DNA of 64,000 nt from Candidatus Kapaibacterium sp. (GTDB taxonomy: Bacteria; Bacteroidota; Ignavibacteria; Palsa-1295), in the NCBI GenBank assembly GCA_038322815.1, contig JBBQGG010000004.1, positions 1,953 to 65,952 of the forward strand, read 5' to 3'. Shown here one piece after another: positions 52,143 through 60,533 of the stretch. A program made the translations under genes and the position numbers. Under the pieces are notes generated by a model, which did no database searches, had not been told where the DNA came from, and saw only the letters and a program-made list of their open reading frames with translations. Numbering within the stretch: position 1 is the stretch's first letter; every line of letters starts with the position of its first letter.

Positions 52143-53450
52143 TTATACTTCGACCCTCTCTATCGCCACGCCAAGCCCCCGGAGTTTTTGCTCAATGTGT
52201 TCATATCCTCGCAGAACGTGATGAATTCCCGTTATCGTGCTTTCGCCCTGAGCTAAGGCAGCAGCAATGAGATAGACAAATCCGGCGCGAAGATCGGGAA
52301 TCTCGATGTTGGCACCTTTTAATTTACTCGGGCCGAAAATGACGGCGGAATGCGGGTTGGCAAGAGTTGAGAAGCGACACTCTGAACCACCGAGACATGA
52401 ATTATACAGTTCTATGTGAGCGCCCATCTTCTGAAGTTCTTTTACATAACCAAAACGATTCTCATAAACCGTTTCATGCACGACCGACAACCCCTCTGCC
52501 TGCGTCATCATTAATACCCATGGTTGCTGCCAGTCAGTCATGAAACCAGGATGCACATCGGTTTCAATTGCTGCAGCGTGAAGTTTTCCTTTATAATAAA
52601 ATCTGATGCCTCCATCAAGAATATCAAAATCCGCACCTGCTCTTCGCATAGTATTTAAAAAGGTCAGCATTGCTGATTGATCAGCCTCTTCAATAAAAAC
52701 GTCTCCCTTCGATGCAACGGCTGCGCAGGCAAAAGATGCAGCTTCAATACGGTCAGGTATAACGTGATGCTCCGCTCCGTGAAGTGAGTTAACACCTTCG
52801 ATCACAATGCGACGATTCGTATCGAGCTCGATGATCGCGCCCATTTTCTGCAAATACTTCACTAGCTCCGTGATCTCAGGTTCGACCGCTGCATTCTCGA
52901 TGATCGTTGTTCCGCTTGCAAGCGCCGCAGCTATGATGATATTTTCTGTAGCTCCTACACTGGGAAAAGGAAGTACGATATGCTGACCTTTGAGTCCGTC
53001 GGTAACACAGTGATAGAAATGCCCTTTCAATTCAATATGCGCTCCCATTTTTTTAAGCGCCTCTATATGGAAATCCACGGGGCGCGCACCGATCTTATCG
53101 CCGCCGGGTAGCGGAACATCTGCTTTACCTGTGCGGTGAAGAAGCGGCCCGATGAGAAGGATCGGAATACGGTTAAGCATTGCAAAATGCTCAGGTACTT
53201 TAGACGTTGAAAATTTTGAAGTATGGACAAGCATCGTCCCATCTTCACTTTCTTTTACCGTGGCGCCGAGCGAATGAATAATTTCTCGTGTGATCTCCGT
53301 CTCTCCTAAATGAAACGGCGCATTGGTAAAAACACTTTCGGATTCCGAGAGCGTCGAAGCCACCATTAATTTCGAGATGAGGTTCTTCGTGCCACTAACG
53401 CGAACCTTGCCGTGAAGCGGTTTACCGCCGATGATGCGAAATGCTTCCAT
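52143..53450 (-). CDS. murA: UDP-N-acetylglucosamine 1-carboxyvinyltransferase
   Basis: FRIIGGKPLHGKVRVSGTKN, PLPGGDKIGARPVDFH, and the rest of the MurA fold. 435 aa. Confidence 0.92.
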   Translation of the reverse strand: MEAFRIIGGKPLHGKVRVSGTKNLISKLMVASTLSESESVFTNAPFHLGETEITREIIHSLGATVKESEDGTMLVHTSKFSTSKVPEHFAMLNRIPILLIGPLLHRTGKADVPLPGGDKIGARPVDFHIEALKKMGAHIELKGHFYHCVTDGLKGQHIVLPFPSVGATENIIIAAALASGTTIIENAAVEPEITELVKYLQKMGAIIELDTNRRIVIEGVNSLHGAEHHVIPDRIEAASFACAAVASKGDVFIEEADQSAMLTFLNTMRRAGADFDILDGGIRFYYKGKLHAAAIETDVHPGFMTDWQQPWVLMMTQAEGLSVVHETVYENRFGYVKELQKMGAHIELYNSCLGGSECRFSTLANPHSAVIFGPSKLKGANIEIPDLRAGFVYLIAAALAQGESTITGIHHVLRGYEHIEQKLRGLGVAIERVEV

Positions 53451-53465
53451 TCTTTGTGAGAGAAA

Positions 53466-54359
53466 TTATTTAATGTTGGATATTTCTTTCGATGTCTTCT
53501 TTGCAATATCATAAAGATAAAGTTTTCTGTCATTAGCAAAAAGAACGGACGCTTCTTTTGGTCCAATGATAAGATCATAAGCATCTTCAGGTAACGGGAG
53601 CTGAGTATTTGTTGCTAATTCGATGATCCTTTCATCGTGCCTGGGGATATGGACATATTTTTGATTTAATGAAAGATTGCCCTTATTGCTTAATTTAAAT
53701 CCCTTAAATGCAACGTCATTTGTATCGGTTACCTGCTTATCGGTCGATTCAATACTGTATCTATAAAGAGTTTGCTTCGCAAGGTCCAACAATAGCAACT
53801 GAGTTTGGTCATGACTCCATGCTAATGTCCAATAATCTTTATCATTTGCCAGTGCAAGCTCGGTAATATATTGCGTAGCATCATATCGATACGTATCGAT
53901 CTTTGAACCTGCACCTCGGTCTGATAAATAATAGACGTACCTTCCGTTATCTGCCATGCCTAAAATCTTTTTTGATGATGAGCAATCCTTCGGAGTAAAA
54001 TCAACAGGCGGATCTGTTGTCAAAACATTTATCCGATAGAGATGAACATCATCCCCTTTCGTACTTGCAGCACGCGAATAAACGACGGCAGGTGATTTTC
54101 CAAAGAGTACGATACCGCTAAGTACCGGGCGCTCGGTAAAGTTCGTGACGGGAGTTACGGCATTCGTCTTTAACTCTACTTTATAAATATTATCAATTCC
54201 TGCATCATTTTTTTGAATGAAGAATGCCCACTTTTCATCGGATGATAATCCGAGTGTAATGTTATGCTTTTTCTGCCAGACGCTCCAATATTGGGCATGG
54301 ACGGAATTTGCAAAGACGAATAGAAGAAAAAATGAGAAAACGAATTTGATTGTCTTCAT
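53466..54359 (-). CDS. hypothetical secreted protein (beta-propeller-like)
   Basis: Signal peptide MKTIKFVFSFFLLFVFANSVHAQ. No family motif recognised. Confidence 0.6.
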   Translation of the reverse strand: MKTIKFVFSFFLLFVFANSVHAQYWSVWQKKHNITLGLSSDEKWAFFIQKNDAGIDNIYKVELKTNAVTPVTNFTERPVLSGIVLFGKSPAVVYSRAASTKGDDVHLYRINVLTTDPPVDFTPKDCSSSKKILGMADNGRYVYYLSDRGAGSKIDTYRYDATQYITELALANDKDYWTLAWSHDQTQLLLLDLAKQTLYRYSIESTDKQVTDTNDVAFKGFKLSNKGNLSLNQKYVHIPRHDERIIELATNTQLPLPEDAYDLIIGPKEASVLFANDRKLYLYDIAKKTSKEISNIK

Positions 54360-54380
54360 AATAAAACAAAAGTTTAAATG

Positions 54381-54524
54381 GTGTCATTGCGAGGGTATGC
54401 GACGATTAGGAAGCATAGGCTTTAGCCCGACGAAGCAATCTCCGAAAAGTATTGGTAAGAGTAAAGGTTTACCACGATTTAGGGGATTGCTTCGTCGTCG
54501 CTTCGCGACTCCTCGCAATGACAC
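54381..54524. repeat. palindromic repeat, GCGAGG subtype
   Basis: GTGTCATTGCGAGGG...CGACGAAGCAATCTCC...CCACGATTTAGGGGATTGCTTCGTCG...CTCCTCGCAATGACAC. Confidence 0.8.
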
Positions 54525-54573
54525 TCAGTAATAGTGAACGCGAATCACGCCTGCAAAGTTATAGGATTCCTTG

Positions 54574-56031
54574 ATGAATAATAAAAAAGTATATATTGAG
54601 ACCTATGGCTGCCAGATGAATGTCGCAGATACGGAAGTCGTGCTTTCCGTGCTGCATAAGGCAGGTTATACGCCTACGACCGTTTTAGCCGAAGCCGATC
54701 TGGCATTTATGAATACCTGTGCAATCCGCGAAAACGCAGAAGATAAAGTTTGGAACCGCTTACGTCACTGGAGAGGTGCGAAGCGTCGTAAACCTAAAAT
54801 GGTCATGGGTTTGCTTGGCTGTATGGCTGAGCATTTACGTAAAGACCTCCTCCAAAGCAAAGATAATATTATTGATCTTGTCGTCGGACCCGATGAATAC
54901 CGAAAACTTCCGGCACTTGTTGAAGCGACACGCGATTCCGGAGAGAACGGTATAGCGGTCAAACTTTCGCGAACTGAAACCTACGACGACATTCTACCCT
55001 TCCGAGCCGAAGGGATCATTGCATATATTTCCGTGATGCGCGGCTGTGATAAATTCTGCACATTCTGCGTCGTGCCATTTACGCGAGGCAGAGAGCGCTC
55101 ACGAACATTGAGTTCTATTGCCGATGAGTGCAAACAACTTGAGCAGCAGGGTTTCAAAGAGATCACCTTGCTTGGTCAGAATGTAAATTCTTATGAAGAT
55201 GAAGGAAAAGATTTTTCCGATCTGCTTGCCGCATGTGCCCGAGCTGTTCCGAAAGTCCGCCTTCGTTATACGACAAGCCATCCTCAGGATTTCGATCAGA
55301 AGCTTACTGATACGATAGCAAGCCATGATAATATTTGTAAGTCTATTCATCTGCCATTGCAATCAGGATCTGATCGCATTCTGAAATTGATGAACCGCAC
55401 GTATACGCGCGCTCATTATATGAGCATCATCGAGATGATCAAGAAAGCAATGCCCGAATCGACGCTATCGACAGATATTATCGTTGGTTTTTGTACCGAG
55501 ACTCTTGAAGATCATTTAGATACAATGTCCGTTATGCGCGAGGTGGAATATGAAGGCGCATATACGTTCAACTATTCACCCCGCCCTAATACGAAAGCAT
55601 TTGATACCCTACCTGACGACGTACCTTCACATGAGAAATCAAGGCGTTTAAGTCAGATCATCGCGATGCAAAATGAAATTGCGGCTCGAAAGAATTTAAT
55701 GGAAACCGGGAAAGAACATACCATACTCATTGAAGGACGCTCAAAGAAGAACGAGGCTGAATGGAAAGGTCGAACCGATACGAATAAAATGGTCGTCTTC
55801 CCGCGCATCGATGCCGAAGTAGGCGAATACCGCAAAGTAAAGATCCTTCGCTCGAACTCCGCTACACTTCTCGGTGAACTTATTGACGTGAAAGAAACAA
55901 AGAGCATCCTCCATACAAGCCAGGATCGCGGCGACGTGATCTATGATCTGACCCCTCTGGTAATTTCATCAGTGAATGAGGATGAGCATTCGGGGATCGA
56001 GCAGCCTGCAGTGATGCTGCCGATTTACTGA
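54574..56031 (+). CDS. miaB: tRNA-2-methylthio-N6-dimethylallyladenosine synthase
   Basis: VYIETYGCQMNVADTE, MRGCDKFCTFCVVPFTRGRERS (radical SAM) and a TRAM-like C-terminus. ATG at 54574. The track ORF starts at TTG 54571. Confidence 0.9.
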   Translation: MNNKKVYIETYGCQMNVADTEVVLSVLHKAGYTPTTVLAEADLAFMNTCAIRENAEDKVWNRLRHWRGAKRRKPKMVMGLLGCMAEHLRKDLLQSKDNIIDLVVGPDEYRKLPALVEATRDSGENGIAVKLSRTETYDDILPFRAEGIIAYISVMRGCDKFCTFCVVPFTRGRERSRTLSSIADECKQLEQQGFKEITLLGQNVNSYEDEGKDFSDLLAACARAVPKVRLRYTTSHPQDFDQKLTDTIASHDNICKSIHLPLQSGSDRILKLMNRTYTRAHYMSIIEMIKKAMPESTLSTDIIVGFCTETLEDHLDTMSVMREVEYEGAYTFNYSPRPNTKAFDTLPDDVPSHEKSRRLSQIIAMQNEIAARKNLMETGKEHTILIEGRSKKNEAEWKGRTDTNKMVVFPRIDAEVGEYRKVKILRSNSATLLGELIDVKETKSILHTSQDRGDVIYDLTPLVISSVNEDEHSGIEQPAVMLPIY

Positions 56032-56117
56032 GATGAAAGCCCTGATTCTTGCTTGAAAATAAGGGAATTCCATTCCAAAATCATTGTTAGCAGTTACTTC
56101 ACAAAATCAGCATCACT

Positions 56118-57083
56118 ATGAGTATCCCTAAAAACCGTTATTTTATTTTTGCAATTATTGCGACAGTATTCTGTACTGTCCTCACACTTTCTTCATGTAA
56201 TACAGCAAGCACTGTTGTTCCTCCCGCACCTGCTGCCACTCCGCTCGATCCACCGGCTACAGGAACAGGATTTCAGATTAGTTCAGGTAAGTTTGATATT
56301 GCTCCGAATTTCGAGCGGGAAATTTTTATTTATCGCGATCTCGGTAATTCGGCGCCGATCTTTATCAATCGCATCCATTCGAAGTTACTTCCGAATAGTC
56401 ATCACATGGTAATGTATTTGTTTGATCCAAGTACTCCATCTACAGATTTGCCGGGATTTAATGTTATGCGTGATCTTCGCAATCCTGATGGTACGTATAA
56501 TTTTTCAACCGAAAGCCAAATGAATTGGCATGTATTTCTCGGAGGTTCGATGATCGAAGAAGATGATTATAATTTTCCTCCTGGTGTTGCGCTCCAGCTT
56601 CCGGCTCATATTGGTATAGATATGAATACACATTTCATCAATGACGGAACGTCCACTATTTCCGGCGCTTGTTATGCAAATCTCTATACCGTACCGGCAT
56701 CCGCAGTTCAACATTCAGCGCAAACTATTTTTCAACCGAAAACAGACTTCACATTACCGCCTCATAAGCAAACGGTTGTTATTGATTCCCTAATAAATAC
56801 ATTTCCTTACGCAGCAAGTATTTTCACGCTCACTTCCCATTGCCATGCTCACGGTCAAAAATTTCAGATATTCATCTCCGGCGGTCCGCGTAACGGAGAA
56901 TTAATTTATGAAAGCACAGATTGGTCACATCCTTTAGTAAAAACGTATAATCCGCCCATCATTGTGAATCAAGGCGAAGGGATTAAAACAATTGTTACGT
57001 ATAATAACACGACGAATAACGTGATCACCTTTGGCTTAAAGAGCACCGATGAGATGGACGTTGTGTATGGCTATTTCTATTAA
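56118..57083 (+). CDS. lipoprotein with the copper type II ascorbate-dependent monooxygenase (PHM/DBH) ligand pattern
   Basis: Lipobox LTLSSC. H95-H96-M (SHHMVMY), H172 (NTHFIN), H241-x-H243 (SHCHAHG), M313 (STDEMDVVYGYFY). The spacing almost matches PHM H107/H108, H172, H242/H244, M314. Confidence 0.55.
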   Translation: MSIPKNRYFIFAIIATVFCTVLTLSSCNTASTVVPPAPAATPLDPPATGTGFQISSGKFDIAPNFEREIFIYRDLGNSAPIFINRIHSKLLPNSHHMVMYLFDPSTPSTDLPGFNVMRDLRNPDGTYNFSTESQMNWHVFLGGSMIEEDDYNFPPGVALQLPAHIGIDMNTHFINDGTSTISGACYANLYTVPASAVQHSAQTIFQPKTDFTLPPHKQTVVIDSLINTFPYAASIFTLTSHCHAHGQKFQIFISGGPRNGELIYESTDWSHPLVKTYNPPIIVNQGEGIKTIVTYNNTTNNVITFGLKSTDEMDVVYGYFY

Positions 57084-57316
57084 GCCAGTGCTTTACTGAG
57101 AGTTTCAGAAATTTTCCATTGTTTTTTTTGTGAATTCGGGCTTTTGCTGCATGTAACTTAAGCGGACTATTATGATCGCGAAAACAGGATAAAATCTGAT
57201 CTTCTTGGTTCGATTTTCCGCGTAACAAAGCTGTTCCCGGTACCGTACCATCGCTAAATCATACCATCATCCAAGCACATTAAAATATCTTTCCCATTAA
57301 AACGTCTTATAAGAGG

Positions 57317-59593
57317 ATGATTCGACAAATTCTTGCATTTTTTCTATTTTTTTTATGCCTTATTGCGTCAAAAGATAGTTTAGCATCGACATTTCTTACT
57401 CCGTCTGATTCAGCAGATGCGATAATTTCAGGCTATATCAAAGATTCACTTTCCGGTGAGACGATCATCGGCGCGACGATCCGTGTCCGTTCTCTTAAGC
57501 GCGGTGCCATCAGCAACAGAAGCGGATATTTTGCTCTGCATCTTCCCAGCGAGACCGATCTTGTGCTTGAAGTCAGTTCATTAGGCTATAGATCGTTAAA
57601 GAAAAATATTCGACTATCGCAGGGTCAGCAAATGACAGAAAATTTTATTTTAGTAACAGAAAGTATTCAAGGCAGCGAGATCACAGTTGAAACCGATAAA
57701 GAAAAAGATGAGCGCGAAGCGCCGCAAGTTTCTCGCGTTGAAATAAACCCTTCACAAGTTGCTAATTTGCCAAAAGCGGGCGAATCTGATATTTTCAGAA
57801 TATTGCAGCTTATTCCCGGCGTACAGACGATAAGTGAAATTTCTGCCGGCCTTTACGTACGGGGTGGCTCACCCGATCAGAACCTTATCTTGCTTGATGG
57901 CAGTACGCTCTATAACCCCAGCCATTTTTTCGGATTCTTTTCTACATTCAACTCTGATGCGATCAAAGATGTCGAGTTGATCAAAGGCGGCTTTCCTGCG
58001 GAGTATGGAGGCAGGCTATCAGCAGTATTGAATGTCACCGATAAAGATGGTGATCTTTATAAAACCAATGCCAAGCTTACTCTCGGTCTTATATCAAGTC
58101 GCGGTACGATCGAAACACCGCTCGGCGATGGAGCTTTAACCCTTTCAGCCAGACGAACATACATTGATGTAATTTTGAATGCAACCGGGTTGACGCAAAG
58201 CCTTAATATCCCAAATTATCATTTCTACGATCTGAACGGAAAATTTACACAGAGCCTGGGGCAAAGTGATAAGATCGCTGTATCAGGTTATGGAGGATCC
58301 GACAATTTAACGTTCGAGAACGGCAAATCTGCTTCATCAGTAGGATTGAATTGGGGTAATCAATCAGCAAATGCAAGCTGGACGCACCTCTTTTCGAATG
58401 CCCTTTTCATGAAAGTAAATTTTAACGGAAGTCATTATTTTTCACTGCTAAATTTCGGACTTGGTACGAACTCCTTCAATTTTAATAATCAGATATATGA
58501 CTACTCTCTGCATGGGGATCTGGAATATTTTCTTGGCAGCCAACATGAAATAAAGACCGGTTTCCAACTTTCGCAATATCATTTTCGTCTGCTCATAACA
58601 CAGGCAAGTAACCCGCCAAATTCAAATATTGACTTGACACCTCTTTACTATGCCGGATATATTTCTGATGAATGGAAGCCTGATGAACGCTGGGCGTTAA
58701 CGACAGGCTTGCGCATCGATGGAATTTCTTCCCGCAAGGAGATCGGAATTGATCCGCGCATTGCTATTCGTTATATCGTCAATCCCGATATTACACTTAA
58801 AGCAAGTTATGGAATTTATCATCAGTATTTAAAGCTGTCATCGAATCCTCTTTTTACCGCTTCTGATATTTGGCTTCCCGTCGATTCAACACAAGCAGCT
58901 TCGGCTGCCAATCAATATGTACTCGGTATTTCGACAGCGCCGTTCGAAGGTTTTACATTCGATGTTGAAACCTATTATAAAACATATACAAATCTGGTAG
59001 AACTTAAGCCAAATATACTTGGCGGCAGTAAATTGAGTGACGTCTTTTTTGTCGGAAACGGATTTTCTTATGGAGTTGAATTCTTCCTTCAAAAACGTGT
59101 CGGCAATTGGACGGGCTGGCTGGGGTATACACTTGCATATACCCGAAGGAAGTTTCCGGAGATTGATAATGGAAATACTTTTCCGCCGACCTACGACAGG
59201 AGAAATGATCTGAATCTTGTTATTACTTATCGCGTCAACGACAGATGGACACTCGGCTCGACATTTGTGTATGCCACCGGTCAGGCTTATTCGCAAACTA
59301 CTGCACTCTATAATGCAGGAGAACCTGATTATAACGGAAAACTTATTCCAATCGATGGCACAAAGAATGGCTTACGTCTGGAGCCATACAACAGGCTTGA
59401 TGTTTCAGCAACATACTCGTTCTGCCTATTGAGCGAGAAGCGAAATGCCGAACTGAATTTTGATATTTACAATGTTTATAATCATCGTAACGTATGGTTC
59501 AGACGAATTGATACCGGCAGCAACCCCGCAACAAGTGAAGACGTGAGGCTGCTACCCATATTGCCGACATTCGGTTTACAAATAAAATTTTAG
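57317..59593 (+). CDS. TonB-dependent receptor with N-terminal carboxypeptidase-regulatory-like domain
   Basis: ISGYIKDSLSGETIIGATIRV...GYFAL (CarbopepD_reg-like). Plug motifs FRILQLIPGVQ and GGSPDQNLILLDG. Beta-barrel ending ...LPTFGLQIKF. Confidence 0.85.
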   Translation: MIRQILAFFLFFLCLIASKDSLASTFLTPSDSADAIISGYIKDSLSGETIIGATIRVRSLKRGAISNRSGYFALHLPSETDLVLEVSSLGYRSLKKNIRLSQGQQMTENFILVTESIQGSEITVETDKEKDEREAPQVSRVEINPSQVANLPKAGESDIFRILQLIPGVQTISEISAGLYVRGGSPDQNLILLDGSTLYNPSHFFGFFSTFNSDAIKDVELIKGGFPAEYGGRLSAVLNVTDKDGDLYKTNAKLTLGLISSRGTIETPLGDGALTLSARRTYIDVILNATGLTQSLNIPNYHFYDLNGKFTQSLGQSDKIAVSGYGGSDNLTFENGKSASSVGLNWGNQSANASWTHLFSNALFMKVNFNGSHYFSLLNFGLGTNSFNFNNQIYDYSLHGDLEYFLGSQHEIKTGFQLSQYHFRLLITQASNPPNSNIDLTPLYYAGYISDEWKPDERWALTTGLRIDGISSRKEIGIDPRIAIRYIVNPDITLKASYGIYHQYLKLSSNPLFTASDIWLPVDSTQAASAANQYVLGISTAPFEGFTFDVETYYKTYTNLVELKPNILGGSKLSDVFFVGNGFSYGVEFFLQKRVGNWTGWLGYTLAYTRRKFPEIDNGNTFPPTYDRRNDLNLVITYRVNDRWTLGSTFVYATGQAYSQTTALYNAGEPDYNGKLIPIDGTKNGLRLEPYNRLDVSATYSFCLLSEKRNAELNFDIYNVYNHRNVWFRRIDTGSNPATSEDVRLLPILPTFGLQIKF

Positions 59594-59604
59594 AAAACAT
59601 AATT

Positions 59605-59631
59605 GGTGGGACGGACGAAAGTCCTACCCAC
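59605..59631 (+). terminator. hairpin after the TonB receptor gene
   Basis: GGTGGGACGGAC-gaaa-GTCCTACCCAC starts 12 nt after the stop. No clear T-run follows. Confidence 0.35.
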
Positions 59632-59656
59632 TAATGCAAAAAACTTTAGACATTAG

Positions 59657-60493
59657 ATGAAACAAAACATTATATTTTTTCTTGCACTTTTTATTGCAGC
59701 ACTTAATGGATGCGATGGTGCGATCACGTCGCAATACAAAGAACAAGTAGTGGTCGAAGGATTTATTTATCCCGGCAGAGGGATCGATTCCGTTATTCTG
59801 CATTACTCAACACCCTTCACAGATTTATATACCGATTCTTCCTATGCTATTACGGGTGCAGATGTTCGCGTTTCTGAAGGCGGAAAAGAATACATTCTTT
59901 TACCTTCTGCGGCAAAGGGAAGGTACTATCTTCCTTCATCGACCCTTATAATAGAAGGTGGAAAAACATATACGCTTACTGTGAGAATAAAAGATCATGT
60001 AGTCACTGCAACTACGACAGTACCAATGCCGATTCAATATATCAATGTAGACAGCACCTTCCCAAAGGATCGAATTCTGTTTCTCGATACTACGAATGCC
60101 TCGACGTTCACCTACACACTTTTAGCCGGACCTGTTGACGCTCAGACACGAAGATATATGCTTGAAGTCAGCGCATTAGATACGAATTTCGGGAAAGTAT
60201 CAACTAATCTTTTCGGACCACCGGTTGATACCTCGGCATATGTGCGATATTCATTTATACAAACGGCGCCACGGATTATTATCTATTCACGTCTCTTCGG
60301 TTGGTTCGGTCCAAACCTATTAAGCTTTCTTGCTCTTGATTCAAATTGGGTTGATTATAAACGTCAGGTTGGCTACGGGCAAAATGCACAGATACATTAT
60401 CAATCTTCCCTCAACCATATTACTGGCGGAATAGGTATATGGGCAAGTGCAGCAAAGGATACAGTCACCGTATTTATTAAACCAAAGTCATAA
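59657..60493 (+). CDS. DUF4249-like lipoprotein (usual partner of such TonB receptors)
   Basis: Lipobox LNGC. QVVVEGFIYPGRGIDSVILHYSTPF...GADVRVSEGGKEYIL...GRYYLP...GGKTYTLTV fits the DUF4249 pattern as I remember it. Confidence 0.6.
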   Translation: MKQNIIFFLALFIAALNGCDGAITSQYKEQVVVEGFIYPGRGIDSVILHYSTPFTDLYTDSSYAITGADVRVSEGGKEYILLPSAAKGRYYLPSSTLIIEGGKTYTLTVRIKDHVVTATTTVPMPIQYINVDSTFPKDRILFLDTTNASTFTYTLLAGPVDAQTRRYMLEVSALDTNFGKVSTNLFGPPVDTSAYVRYSFIQTAPRIIIYSRLFGWFGPNLLSFLALDSNWVDYKRQVGYGQNAQIHYQSSLNHITGGIGIWASAAKDTVTVFIKPKS

Positions 60494-60533
60494 GAGAGTC
60501 CCATTAACGGGAGCTAAGGTTAGATTAGAATGG

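Noticed and set aside
57084-57316. Possible TPP or cobalamin riboswitch upstream of the TonB-dependent receptor
   Set aside because: CTGAGA (about 57104) and CTGATC...GCGTA (about 57195-57225) are present but roughly 90 nt apart. The GGGGTGC/ACCC pairing elements of a TPP aptamer are missing, and I saw no B12-box.
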